A stretch of 64,000 nt of DNA, from the NCBI GenBank assembly GCA_963848295.1, contig CAWKDB010000010.1, forward strand, positions 160,001 through 224,000. The letters are read 5' to 3'. Made by a program: the position numbers and the translations under genes. Below are positions 42,815 through 52,900 of this stretch, piece after piece. Under the pieces are notes generated by a model. It was given only the letters and a program-made list of their open reading frames with translations. It was not told the origin of the DNA and did no database searches. The stretch is from an uncultured delta proteobacterium. GTDB taxonomy: Bacteria > Myxococcota_A > Polyangia > Haliangiales > Haliangiaceae. Within the stretch, counting starts at the first letter, position 1; each line of letters starts with the position of its first letter.

Positions 42815-43741
42815 ATGCGATTTCTCGTCGTCGTGATGGTCGCGGCGTGTTGGCACTCGCGCGTGCCCGATCCTGCCCGCTGGCAACGTCCGGCAGCCAT
42901 GGTCGACCTGCTGCCGTCGGGTGCCTGGTTGGTCGGCGGCATGGACTTCGATACGTCGGAATCGAAGCCGCAGCACGACAGCGAGGCGAAGGCCCGCGCA
43001 CATCCAGATTCGGTGCGCAACGCGACCGGCGGTTGTTCGATTCCAGCGGCCCATGCCGCGGTCGCGGTCTACGGCGACGACGACTTCGCGTTCGCGACCC
43101 GCGGCGTGTTCCAGCCGGCCGCGATGATCGCGTGCCTCGGGGACGTCGCGATCCACAACGGCGGCCGTACGAGCCACGACACGATCGAAGGCTACGACGT
43201 GCTCGTCACGAAAACGACTGGCGAGCCGACGCTGTACGCCGCGAGCGACAGCGGGATCTTGTTCATGGCGAACAAGGCGATCATGCAGCGATCCCTCGCT
43301 GTCGATCTGCAGGCAGCAACCAGCGACCCCGTGCTGGCACCGCTGATCGCCCGGGCGCGCGCCGGCGGTGAGGTCTGGGCAGCGGCTCGACTGGCGCGCG
43401 ACGCGTCGAGCATCCAGGAGGCGCTCCGCTTCATCGGCGTCAAGCTCGACGGCCACGTCATGACGTTGGTCGCGTGGATTCACATCATGGCGCCGTTCCA
43501 CATCGAGGTCGAGCTCAGCCTCGAGCGAGCCGGCGATGCGACCCGGCTCGCCGCCGCACTCGACCAGAAGCGGGTGCTGCTCGCCAAGCTCGACGCTCGG
43601 CTCGAGCCGATCGCGGACTCGCTGCACATCGAGGCCGACGGTACGCACGTCCACGTCGTCGGGAACCCGGAGCACGTCGAGTGGCTGCAGGCGTTCCAGG
43701 CGTTGCTCGCGACGATCGAGCTGATCAAAGCTGGGTCTTAG
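42815..43741 (+). CDS. Hypothetical lipoprotein
   Basis: MRFLVVVMVAAC lipobox; GC3-rich codon pattern. Confidence 0.65.
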   Translation: MRFLVVVMVAACWHSRVPDPARWQRPAAMVDLLPSGAWLVGGMDFDTSESKPQHDSEAKARAHPDSVRNATGGCSIPAAHAAVAVYGDDDFAFATRGVFQPAAMIACLGDVAIHNGGRTSHDTIEGYDVLVTKTTGEPTLYAASDSGILFMANKAIMQRSLAVDLQAATSDPVLAPLIARARAGGEVWAAARLARDASSIQEALRFIGVKLDGHVMTLVAWIHIMAPFHIEVELSLERAGDATRLAAALDQKRVLLAKLDARLEPIADSLHIEADGTHVHVVGNPEHVEWLQAFQALLATIELIKAGS

Positions 43742-45414
43742 TGCAGCGCGACGCCGGTCGGATACACCGCAAACGCGGCGTTGCGAAACACCGGCTCGCT
43801 CGCGAGCGTCGCTTGTTCGGCGCCGCGATCCATCACGACGTACTGCACGCCGAGCTCGCGACCGCGAACGAGCCGCTCGGCCGCGGTCAGCTTCGACCAG
43901 CGCGCGCGGACGTCCGGGATGCTGACCGGATGGTCGAACGCGACGACCCGGCCGAGCCGGCGATACCATGCGACGAGCTCGTCGGGCACGAGCGGCGGCG
44001 ACTTGAAGTCGACGTAAACCGCGCGGCGCGCGAGCAGTCGGAACGTGCCGAAATCGGGCGATACGAGGAACTCGGCATCGACCGGCGTATGGCCCCGGAC
44101 CCAGGCGAATAGCTCGGTCGCCGGCGGATCGCCGGTCTCCGCGAAGTGCGGCGCCGCGATGACCGACGCGCGCTCGCCGAGCGCGACGCCTAGCCAGCTC
44201 ACCGCGAGGATCGCCGGCAACGCCGCGCGCCACCTCACCGGAACGACGAGTGCTGCGGCGATCGCGCCGAGCGCGATCCATAGCGCCCAACCGCCTGGGT
44301 ACAGGTTCTGGACCGCCTCGGTCCACGCGATCCAGCCCGCGAGCACGACCGCGACGCCGAGCCGCCAGCGCGGTAGCGCGCGCCACCGAGCCGGGTCTTC
44401 GAGCGTGGCGACCACTGCACACACCGCGACGATCTGCGCGGCGAGCGCCGCGAACGGCGCCATCCGCCAGACGTAGAGGCGAGTCACGCGCTCGAGCGGC
44501 GGGACGAGCGCGATCAAGCACGTCGCGATGCAGATCGCCGCGATGATCACCGCGAGCGCGACGAGCCGGCGAATCGCATCGCGCCGCGCCCACGCCGCCG
44601 CGATCGGAGCGACGACGAGCCCGAGCGCAGGCCAGCGCGCGAACCGAACGAGCTCGGTGCTGATCGCGAACGGGTCGTAGTGGACCGGCGCGTGGAACCG
44701 CGAGAGCACCCACAGCGCGAGCGTCGGCTCGCTATCGCGCGTCGACGCTAGAATGTCGGGCGCGAGCAGCCCCAGCGCGACGAGTTGCGGCGCGAGCAGC
44801 AGGACCAGCCGCTTGACCCGACCGGCCCGCTCGCTCCGGCCGACCACGAGCTCGGCGAGCGTGAACGTACCGATGCCGAGCAGCAAGAAGTTCGCGTGAA
44901 ACAGTCCGCCGAGCGCGAGCGCGATGCCGGTGACCAACGGCTTGCCGCGCAGGTACGCGGCGATCGCGATGATCCAGCCGAGCGTCGCGAGCAACGATGG
45001 CTGGAGATAGCCGCCCCACAGGTACGATCCGGCGATCGATCGGTCGCCGCCGATCGCGAGCCAGCCGGCGATGATCGCGTACACCGCGAGCGCCCGGTGC
45101 TCGGTCACCGCGGTGATCACGAGGAACAGCGCCGCGACGACCGCCGTCATCACGACGAAGTGCGCGATGCCGAGGCTGTAGACCCCGCTGTCGTCGATCT
45201 GAAACAGCAGCGCGGCGAGCTTGCCGAACACCGAGTGATACATCGTGGTGCCCGAAACCAGCCAATCGTGATGATAGAGCTCGGGGTGCGCCCGGCGCAG
45301 CGGCTCGAGCAAGTACGTCGGCTGGTTGAACACGCCGAACCAGTAGTCGCGGGTGTGTGCGATCGCGGCGGCGATCGCGACGACCGCGAGCCAGAGTCGA
45401 AGCGGAGACCGCAA
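43738..45414 (-). CDS. Multi-pass membrane protein, GT-C/DUF6798-like
   Basis: PELYHHDW, many TMs, FHAPVHY, C-terminal WVRGHTPVDAEFL...FRLLARRAVYVDFKSPP...WYRRL. Confidence 0.65.
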   Translation of the reverse strand: MRSPLRLWLAVVAIAAAIAHTRDYWFGVFNQPTYLLEPLRRAHPELYHHDWLVSGTTMYHSVFGKLAALLFQIDDSGVYSLGIAHFVVMTAVVAALFLVITAVTEHRALAVYAIIAGWLAIGGDRSIAGSYLWGGYLQPSLLATLGWIIAIAAYLRGKPLVTGIALALGGLFHANFLLLGIGTFTLAELVVGRSERAGRVKRLVLLLAPQLVALGLLAPDILASTRDSEPTLALWVLSRFHAPVHYDPFAISTELVRFARWPALGLVVAPIAAAWARRDAIRRLVALAVIIAAICIATCLIALVPPLERVTRLYVWRMAPFAALAAQIVAVCAVVATLEDPARWRALPRWRLGVAVVLAGWIAWTEAVQNLYPGGWALWIALGAIAAALVVPVRWRAALPAILAVSWLGVALGERASVIAAPHFAETGDPPATELFAWVRGHTPVDAEFLVSPDFGTFRLLARRAVYVDFKSPPLVPDELVAWYRRLGRVVAFDHPVSIPDVRARWSKLTAAERLVRGRELGVQYVVMDRGAEQATLASEPVFRNAAFAVYPTGVALH

Positions 45415-45437
45415 GCGGCGGCACCGTAGCAGTGCGG

Positions 45438-47828
45438 CTAGTCGGTCGTCCCGATCGGTGTCGGGATGTTGCGCGACTTCGCGCCGTTGCCGAGCGTGCC
45501 GTGTTGGCCATCGCCCCAACAGAACAACCGCCCGCCGCCGATCGCGCAGGCTCCGAAGTCCGCGGTCGAAACCTCGTCGAACGTGATCCCACTCGGGACG
45601 ACGACCGGCACCGCGAGCGAGACGTCCGGGATGGTCGGCCCCGCTCCAAGCTCGCTCGCGTAGTTTGCGCCCCAGCACCACACCGCCCCGCCGCACACCG
45701 CGCACGAGTTGCTCGAGCCCAGGCTCAAGGAAGTGCAACCGCCCGGCAGCTGCGCGACCGGCGTCGGCGAGGTGACATCCTTGCCACCGAGATCTTGGCC
45801 GGCCTCTTCGTTGTCGTCCCTGCCCCAGCACACGACCTGTTGGGTGGAGTCGATCGCGCAGCCGTAGGCGTATCCGGCGGTGACCGCGGAGTACGGGCCG
45901 TCGGCCTGTTCCGTCGGATCTGCGATGTCGGTCATCACCGGCACGCTGCCGAGCTGATTGCTCGCGTCGTTGCCCCAACAAACGCGCTCGTTGTCGCTCG
46001 TGCGATATGCGCACGCAAACGCCTGGCCGAACGAGATCGAGCCGAGCGAGGTCATGGCGCCGTTGGGATCGTCGAACATGATCGGTTGGCGGGTCTCGTC
46101 GTTGTTGAACGGGTTGCCCCAACACGACGGCGCCGAGGTCGCGTCGGGGAACGCGCACGTCGCGTACTTCCCACCGGAGATCCGCCTCCACGTTCCGGTG
46201 AGCATGCTGACTTGTGGAGCGTCGGCTTGATCCGGCAACGCGGTGTACGCGCCGTCGCCCCAACACAGCACGTGGCCACCGGTCAGCACGCACGTGTAGT
46301 CGACGCCCGAGACGAGCTCGTCTACTTGCGTGACCGGCGCGGGCGCCGCGGTCGGCCGCGCGTAGTCGCACGGCTGTCCCGCGACACATGGTTGATCGTC
46401 GCCGCGCGCCACGCCGGCGCTGACTTGGCCCTCGCCGTCGGCACCCCAGCACCACAGCGAGTCGTCGTCGAGGGTCGCGCACACGTGCTCGTCGCCGGCG
46501 CTGACGTGTTGCCACGTCCCGTGCGGTGCCATGACCTCGACCGCGACGCTGCTCTCCGACGGCAGACCGTTGCCGAGCTCGCCCGCCGAGTTATCGCCCC
46601 AGCACGCGGCGGTCGTGCCGGTGCGCGCACAGCCGAACGCGCCGAACCGCTCGTCGGGCATTCCGTCCTGGAAGATGACGCTGCTGCCGACGACCGCGTC
46701 GCCCGTGCCGACCAGGTTCGGCGTCATCGGATCGACGTCGCCCGAGCTCCACAGCCCGGCGGCCTGAGCTCCGCTGGCCGAGTTGTCGGTGCCCCAGCAG
46801 TACAGATTGCCGTCGCTACGCGTGCCGCACATCACCTGGTACGAGATGCCGGCGACCGACGTCCAATCGGTCGCGGCGCCGACAGCGGTCGCCGTCGTGT
46901 AGTCGACACCGCTGCGATCGATGCGGTTGGCGTATCCGCCTTGGTTGCCGCCCCAGCAGTACAGCGCCCCGCTCGTCGCCGAGGCATCGGCGGCGGTGAT
47001 CGCGCAGCTGATGCTGTTGCCCGCGTAGATCGCGATCGGCGTTCCGGGCACCGAAACCGCGGTCGGAGTCGCGACCGTCAGGCCGCCCGGTTGACCACAT
47101 TGCCCCACGTCGTTCGCGCCCCAGCACGCGACCACGCCGGCGACCGTGATGCCACAGCTATGGTCGTAGCCCGCCGCGACCTCGGCCCACGAGTCGCTCG
47201 AATCGGGCGTCGTGATCTGCGTCGCGAGCGTGGTCGGCATGCCCGTGCCGACTTCGTCGTCGAGCCCCCAGCACCACAGCTGTCCGGATCCGACGGCGCA
47301 GCTATGTGCGCCCCCGGCCGCGATCGCGGTGAACGCAGGAGGTGTCGCGCCCAACGCGAACATCACCGCCATCGGCGTCGCGATCACGCCGCCGCGGCCC
47401 GCGACCGACTCGCCGTTCTTGTTGCTGCCCCAGCACATCGCCATGCCGGCGTGAACGCCGCAGGTATGCTGCGCGCCCGCGGACACCGCCGTCCATGCAC
47501 CGTCCTGTGGAGCGACCGCGGTCGGGATGGCGGTCGCCGCGACCTCGCTGCCCGCCGCGATCTGCCCCTTCGAGTTGTCGCCCCAGCAATAGACGTCGCC
47601 CGCTGTGGTGAGCGCGCAACTGTGTCGCGCGCCGACCACGATCGCTGCGTAGTCGAGCGCGGGGACCGGGCAGCTCGAGCCGTCATACTTGACACATACG
47701 CTGTTCTGGCAGACCAGGTCGTCCGGGCAGCTGTCGGTGCACTTTGCACCACAGGCGACGCTCGCCGACGGGGGCGCGTAGCAGCCCTCGATCGCGATCG
47801 CCATCCCGAGCAACGCGAGCCCGCGCAT
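45438..47828 (-). CDS. RCC1/BLIP-II repeat beta-propeller lipoprotein
   Basis: Lipobox IEGC; many G-x2-H-[ST]-C...CWG-x-N-x2-G repeats. Confidence 0.9.
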   Translation of the reverse strand: MRGLALLGMAIAIEGCYAPPSASVACGAKCTDSCPDDLVCQNSVCVKYDGSSCPVPALDYAAIVVGARHSCALTTAGDVYCWGDNSKGQIAAGSEVAATAIPTAVAPQDGAWTAVSAGAQHTCGVHAGMAMCWGSNKNGESVAGRGGVIATPMAVMFALGATPPAFTAIAAGGAHSCAVGSGQLWCWGLDDEVGTGMPTTLATQITTPDSSDSWAEVAAGYDHSCGITVAGVVACWGANDVGQCGQPGGLTVATPTAVSVPGTPIAIYAGNSISCAITAADASATSGALYCWGGNQGGYANRIDRSGVDYTTATAVGAATDWTSVAGISYQVMCGTRSDGNLYCWGTDNSASGAQAAGLWSSGDVDPMTPNLVGTGDAVVGSSVIFQDGMPDERFGAFGCARTGTTAACWGDNSAGELGNGLPSESSVAVEVMAPHGTWQHVSAGDEHVCATLDDDSLWCWGADGEGQVSAGVARGDDQPCVAGQPCDYARPTAAPAPVTQVDELVSGVDYTCVLTGGHVLCWGDGAYTALPDQADAPQVSMLTGTWRRISGGKYATCAFPDATSAPSCWGNPFNNDETRQPIMFDDPNGAMTSLGSISFGQAFACAYRTSDNERVCWGNDASNQLGSVPVMTDIADPTEQADGPYSAVTAGYAYGCAIDSTQQVVCWGRDDNEEAGQDLGGKDVTSPTPVAQLPGGCTSLSLGSSNSCAVCGGAVWCWGANYASELGAGPTIPDVSLAVPVVVPSGITFDEVSTADFGACAIGGGRLFCWGDGQHGTLGNGAKSRNIPTPIGTTD

Positions 47829-47968
47829 TCGTGTCTCAAAGGTAACGCGGTTGACCACCGAGGCGCCAACCTGACACCGGCGCCTCGACTTGCCGGGAAA
47901 CCCGACAGGCTATTCGCTCGTACACCACGCATGGCCCCGCGATCGTTGAAATCTCGGTGTAGTTGCTC

Positions 47969-47984
47969 CGGCACGCGAGTTGCT
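47969..47984 (+). promoter_or_regulatory. sigma-54-type -24/-12 promoter
   Basis: CGGCACGCGAGTTGCT: GG 47970-47971, N10, GC 47982-47983; 13 nt before ATG 47997. Confidence 0.65.
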
Positions 47985-47996
47985 GTAGCTAGCGTC

Positions 47997-48563
47997 ATGC
48001 GGCCCTGGCTGGTTATCGCGCTCATCGCCTGCGCCTCCCCGATCGGAGTCGCAGCGCCCGTAGCCGGTAGCTCGTCGGGCATGCGGGTCTACGAGAGCTC
48101 GGAAGACCACGCCGTTACCGAAGGTGATCTCGTGGTCGACGGCGATCCGAGCGAGCTCTACGACCACGTGCTCGATTACGCCCGGTGGACCGAGATCTTT
48201 CCAGACGTGGCCAAGGTCGTCGTCACCCGGAAGGAAGGCGTCGACGCTCGGGTCACGCTGATCGCGCCCGACGGGCATCGCGACAACCTGCACTTCCACA
48301 ACCAGCCCGCGGCGCGGATGGTGTGGTTCGAGGACACCGGCGGCCGCGCGACGGTGTGGGCCGAGATCATGTTCGTCCCAGGCCCTGGTCCGGGCACGAC
48401 GCGGATCCATACCCGGCTGTTCGCGCGAGTCAACGGCATCGTCTCGCTCGTCGTTCCCGACGGCGACGTCCGCAAGATGCGAGAGACCCGGATCCAGCGC
48501 CAGCTCGTGCACATGCGCGACTACTTCGCCCATCGCAAAGCGATGGCGCTACAGATGCGCTAG
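47997..48563 (+). CDS. Secreted SRPBCC/START-like protein
   Basis: Signal peptide; LYDHVLDYARWTEIFPDV START-like helix. Confidence 0.65.
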   Translation: MRPWLVIALIACASPIGVAAPVAGSSSGMRVYESSEDHAVTEGDLVVDGDPSELYDHVLDYARWTEIFPDVAKVVVTRKEGVDARVTLIAPDGHRDNLHFHNQPAARMVWFEDTGGRATVWAEIMFVPGPGPGTTRIHTRLFARVNGIVSLVVPDGDVRKMRETRIQRQLVHMRDYFAHRKAMALQMR

Positions 48564-51238
48564 CGCCGTTTCTTCTGCGGCTTGCCCTTGGCGCCGCGAT
48601 GCGAGACCGCGAAGCGGATCTTGCCACCGCTCGCGCTCGTGCGTGGCCGCGCACCGGGCTCCGAGCGCTCGCGGCCCGCTCGTTCGACCTCGCGCCCGAC
48701 CTTGCGGCGTTGCTTGATCGGCGTCTTCGGGGCGACCTCGAGCCGCGGCGGCACCGACTTCGGTGCACGGCCCGGCGGGGTCGGCGATGCGCCCGTGCGC
48801 GCGACCGCGATCAACGTGAAGTCGATGCGGCGGCGGATGACCGAGACGTTCGCGATCTCGATCTTCACCTTGTCGCCGAGCTCGATCGAGCGACCTGTCC
48901 GGCGGCCGGACAGACGCATGTGGATCGCGTCGTGATCGAACGGCTCGCCCAGCGAATCGAGCTTGATCAAGCCCTCGACGAACGGCTCTTCGATCTCGAC
49001 GAACGCGCCGAAGCTGGTCACCGCGGACACGACGCCATCGAATTGCTCGCCGACTTGATCGCGCATCAAGTACGCGCGGTACATCGCGACGGCCTCGCGC
49101 TCCGCTTCCATCGCGCGGCGCTCGTTCGCGCTCGACGCGCTCGCGAGCTCGGTCAACGTTTCGGTCGGCGGCGGCGGCTTCGCGTAGCCACCGCCGGACG
49201 CGGCGCCATCGCGATGCAGCTGGTGCTTGAGCAAGCGGTGGACGAGCAAGTCGGGATAGCGCCGGATCGGCGATGTGAAGTGCAGATAGTCGCCCGACGC
49301 CAGTCCGAAGTGACCGATCGGGACGGTGTCCCACACCGCCTGCGTGAGCGTGCGCAACAACAAGAACTGCAGCGCCTGGCCGCCTTCTTTCTGCGCGATC
49401 TGATCGAGCACCGCTTTCATCCCGAGCGGCGTCGTCGCGGCGTCGATGTCGACCGTGATCTCGTAGGCCGCGAGGATCTCGGCGAGCTGCGCGACGCGAT
49501 CCTTCTTCGGCGGCGCGTGGACGCGCCACACGGTTGCCGCATCGCGCTTGCGGAAGAAGCTGCCGACCGCCTCGTTCGCGGCGATCATGAATTCTTCGAC
49601 GAGCTGATACGCCTGCTTGACTTGCGGATCGCCCTTCGCGCGCACGACATCGCGGACGAGCCGCGGGTCATCGGCGTCGAGCACGACCTTCGGCTCGGCG
49701 ATCTCGAGATCGAGCGAACCGCGCGCTTGGCGCTTCGCACGCAAGATGCGCGACAGCGCGTGCAGCCGCTTCAGCTCACCTTGCCACTCGCGATACTGCT
49801 CGCGTCGGCCACGAAAATCGCCATCGAGCGCGGCGGCGACGCCGGGATAGTCGAGCCGGCCCTTGCTGCGGATCACCGCGGCGGCATAGCTGACGTCCTG
49901 GACCTCGCCGTCGCCGCTGTAGTCGAGCCGCACCACCATCGCGCAGCGATCGACGAGCGGGTTGAGCGAGCAGATGCCGCCCGACAGCTCGTGCGGCAAC
50001 ATCGGGATCACACGATCGGGCAAGTACACCGACACGCCGCGGATCGCGGCCTCGCGATCGAGCGGGTCGCCCCACCTCACGTAGTGCGAGACGTCGGCGA
50101 CCGCGACCCACACGCGCGGCCCGCCATGCGGACCGTCCTCGATGCACAGCGCGTCGTCGAAGTCACGCGCGGTCTCGGGATCGATCGTGCAGAACCGGCG
50201 ATCGCGCAGATCGATCCGGTCGGCGAGGTCGGTCGGGAGGAGCTCCTGCGAGGTCCTGAGTGCTTGCGCTTGGACGTCGTCGGGGAACTCGAGCGGGATC
50301 GAGCCGACCGCGAGGATCTTCTCGATCTCGGTGCGCGGATCCTCGGGATCGCCGAGCACCTTGAGCAACCGCCCGGCGAGCTCGCGCCGCGCGGCATCGG
50401 GATAGCGCGTGATCTCGAGGACGACCGAGTCGCCGTCTTTTCCGATCGGCGCGTCGTCGACCCCGACCCGACCGTAATCCGCGGCGATCCGCGGATCATC
50501 CGGCTCGAGATAGAGAGCCCGACCGACCCGGCGCAGGATGCCGGTCAACCGCGCGCGGCCGCGTGCGAGCACCTCGAGGACGCGCCCCTCCGTCCCGCGC
50601 AACCCGGGCCAGGTCTCGACCGCGACGCGATCGCCGTCGAGCGACGTGCCGCGATACTTCGCGGGCACGAACACGGTCTCGCGCTCCTCGGTCTGGACAA
50701 AGCCGTAGCCCGCCGGGTGCACCGTGATCCGCCCGATCGTGCGCAGATCCTTCGCAGCCGCCGGCGGTGCGCCGAACACGTCACCGGTGTCAGGATCGTA
50801 GACCGTGTCGACGATCTTTGGCTTCACCGCCTTCGGCGGCGGCGCGTGCACCCGCTTCGCGGGCTCGGCCGGGTCGACGCGCTTGGTCGCCCCACTCCAC
50901 GGCAGCTTCGCCGCGCGCGCCGGTTTGGCCGCGAGTTGCTTCGCCGGCTTCGACACCGGAATCCCGCGCAGGGGTAGCTGCGGTGACACCGGCGCCACCG
51001 GATTCGGCAGGGGCTTGTTGTGGGGATCCGCGGGCCGGCCACTCGGCGACAGCGCGAACGCTCCGCCGGGCAGCACGGCGACGAGCCCTTCCTCGACGAG
51101 GTCGAGCAGCTCCGCGCGAAGCGGAGCGTAGTCTTGTTTGCGCGCGCCGAGCTCGTCGGCGAGGGCGGTGAGCTTGATGCCCGGAGTAACCAGGCGCGAC
51201 AGGCAGTAGAGGATCGCCTGTCGATCGAATTGAGACAT
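48560..51238 (-). CDS. rnr: Ribonuclease R (VacB/RNase II family)
   Basis: HPAGYGFV; TIDPETARDFDDA; EEFMIAANE; HFTSPIRRYPDL; S1 domain; basic tail. Confidence 0.93.
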   Translation of the reverse strand: MSQFDRQAILYCLSRLVTPGIKLTALADELGARKQDYAPLRAELLDLVEEGLVAVLPGGAFALSPSGRPADPHNKPLPNPVAPVSPQLPLRGIPVSKPAKQLAAKPARAAKLPWSGATKRVDPAEPAKRVHAPPPKAVKPKIVDTVYDPDTGDVFGAPPAAAKDLRTIGRITVHPAGYGFVQTEERETVFVPAKYRGTSLDGDRVAVETWPGLRGTEGRVLEVLARGRARLTGILRRVGRALYLEPDDPRIAADYGRVGVDDAPIGKDGDSVVLEITRYPDAARRELAGRLLKVLGDPEDPRTEIEKILAVGSIPLEFPDDVQAQALRTSQELLPTDLADRIDLRDRRFCTIDPETARDFDDALCIEDGPHGGPRVWVAVADVSHYVRWGDPLDREAAIRGVSVYLPDRVIPMLPHELSGGICSLNPLVDRCAMVVRLDYSGDGEVQDVSYAAAVIRSKGRLDYPGVAAALDGDFRGRREQYREWQGELKRLHALSRILRAKRQARGSLDLEIAEPKVVLDADDPRLVRDVVRAKGDPQVKQAYQLVEEFMIAANEAVGSFFRKRDAATVWRVHAPPKKDRVAQLAEILAAYEITVDIDAATTPLGMKAVLDQIAQKEGGQALQFLLLRTLTQAVWDTVPIGHFGLASGDYLHFTSPIRRYPDLLVHRLLKHQLHRDGAASGGGYAKPPPPTETLTELASASSANERRAMEAEREAVAMYRAYLMRDQVGEQFDGVVSAVTSFGAFVEIEEPFVEGLIKLDSLGEPFDHDAIHMRLSGRRTGRSIELGDKVKIEIANVSVIRRRIDFTLIAVARTGASPTPPGRAPKSVPPRLEVAPKTPIKQRRKVGREVERAGRERSEPGARPRTSASGGKIRFAVSHRGAKGKPQKKRR

Positions 51239-51265
51239 TAGATGTGCATTCCTTAGTAACGAAGA

Positions 51266-52504
51266 TCAGTGAAACGAATGCAGGTGACCATCGTCACCTG
51301 CGATGAACAGGGTGCCGTCGTGCGCGATCGCGGGCGTCGTGTCGACGTCGTCGGGAAACGCGAGCAGCCACGCCAGCGTGCCGTCGGGTGCGACCGCGTA
51401 GACGCGCTCGTCTTCCGCGCCGAACAAGATCGTCCCGTTGGTCGCGATGCCGGGCGCGCTCTGGATCTTGTCGGCGGCGGCGACCTTCCATTTGACCTCG
51501 CCGGTCGGCGCGATCGCGTAGAGGTTCGCATCGTGGCTCCCGACGTAGATCGTCCCGTCGCTGCCGATCGCCGCCCCGGCGCGCACGTCGCCGCCGGTGA
51601 CGACCTTCCACGCGACGACCCCGGCCGGGGTGATCGCGTAGAGCGCGTGGTCATCGCTGCCGACGTAGATCGTGCCGTCGCTGCCGATCGCGGGCGCGGC
51701 GTCGACGTCGCCGCCGGTGCGCACCTCCCACTTCTTCGTGCCGTCCGGGCCGATCGCGTAGAGCGCATCGTCCTGGCTACCGGCGTAGACCGTGCCGTCG
51801 GGCGCGATCGCCGGGGTCGACGCGACATGCTCGGCGGTCGCGAGCTTCCAGCGCAGCGTGCCGTCCGGCCACACCGCGTGCACGCCGTCGCCGCCGACAT
51901 AGATCGTGCCGTCCGGGCCGATCGTCGGGCCGCCGTCGACATCGCAGCGCGACGACTCCGGGCCAAAGCCGGCCGGATCGCACAGGCCGAGCCGCAGCTT
52001 CCACTTAAGCTTGCCCGCGGAGGTCACCGCGTAGAGGTGGTCGTCATCGGAGCCGACGTAGATCGTGCCGTCCTCGGCCACCGCGGGCGTGCTCCACGAT
52101 CGGTCACCGGTCTTGAACGTCCACTTGACCGCGCCGGTCTGGTCGATCGCGTAGAGCCCTCCGTCCTGCGACGCGACGTAGATCGTCCCGTCGGGGCCGA
52201 TCGTCGGCGAGCCGGCGACCGGGCCGTGGACGTCGGTGCTCCACTTCTCGGTCGGCGCCTTCGCCGGCGCGGGGCCGCCGCGTCGCCCGGTATGGCGCGC
52301 ATCGCCACCCGCCATCGCGAACGGCGGCGAGCCGGTCGGCCCGGTCGTCGGCGAGACGACCACAGCCGCAGCCGAGCCGACCGCCGCGGCATCGCCACGC
52401 CGGGCAACCGCCGGTGGATCCTTGCAATCACACCCGCCGGAACGAGCCTGAGTGCCCGAGCACCCGGCCAGGGCGGCACTGGCCAGCCCCAACAAAACCT
52501 TCAC
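51266..52504 (-). CDS. PQQ-like beta-propeller repeat lipoprotein
   Basis: Lipobox LAGC; about 8 repeats of PAIG-x-DGTIYVGS-x-D-x2-LYAI-x3-G-x2-KW. Confidence 0.88.
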   Translation of the reverse strand: MKVLLGLASAALAGCSGTQARSGGCDCKDPPAVARRGDAAAVGSAAAVVVSPTTGPTGSPPFAMAGGDARHTGRRGGPAPAKAPTEKWSTDVHGPVAGSPTIGPDGTIYVASQDGGLYAIDQTGAVKWTFKTGDRSWSTPAVAEDGTIYVGSDDDHLYAVTSAGKLKWKLRLGLCDPAGFGPESSRCDVDGGPTIGPDGTIYVGGDGVHAVWPDGTLRWKLATAEHVASTPAIAPDGTVYAGSQDDALYAIGPDGTKKWEVRTGGDVDAAPAIGSDGTIYVGSDDHALYAITPAGVVAWKVVTGGDVRAGAAIGSDGTIYVGSHDANLYAIAPTGEVKWKVAAADKIQSAPGIATNGTILFGAEDERVYAVAPDGTLAWLLAFPDDVDTTPAIAHDGTLFIAGDDGHLHSFH

Positions 52505-52531
52505 GCGGCGCAAGCTAGCACGGAACGACGG

Positions 52532-52807
52532 TCACGCCTTCGGGAGATCGTTCGAGAACCGCTCGGCGAGCTTTTCGAAGTAACGCCGCGTCTCTTCGAG
52601 CACGATCGGATCTTGATCGGGATACATGCGAATGCCGTGGGCGCCGAACGGATCGGTCGTCACCGGCCCGACGGGCAGGCCACCGACGATCCCCGTCTGC
52701 TCGTGATAGAGCAGCGCCAACACCTCGGAATGGTTCTCGGGCACCAAAAAGGTCCGCCGCCCGAGCTCCGGGCGCCCGTCTTTGAAGCCGTCGACCAGCT
52801 TGGCCAT
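52532..52807 (-). CDS. Hypothetical protein, 91 aa
   Basis: MAKLVDGFKDGRPELG...FSNDLPKA; fills the gap with plausible composition. Confidence 0.6.
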   Translation of the reverse strand: MAKLVDGFKDGRPELGRRTFLVPENHSEVLALLYHEQTGIVGGLPVGPVTTDPFGAHGIRMYPDQDPIVLEETRRYFEKLAERFSNDLPKA

Positions 52808-52900
52808 GTCCGAACCCCACGAGTCTACCGCTCGCACCTGCGTGGCGAAAGTCCCAAGTCCACTCGCCGACAGGCGATCTGCCGGGTTTAAGCTGACCGG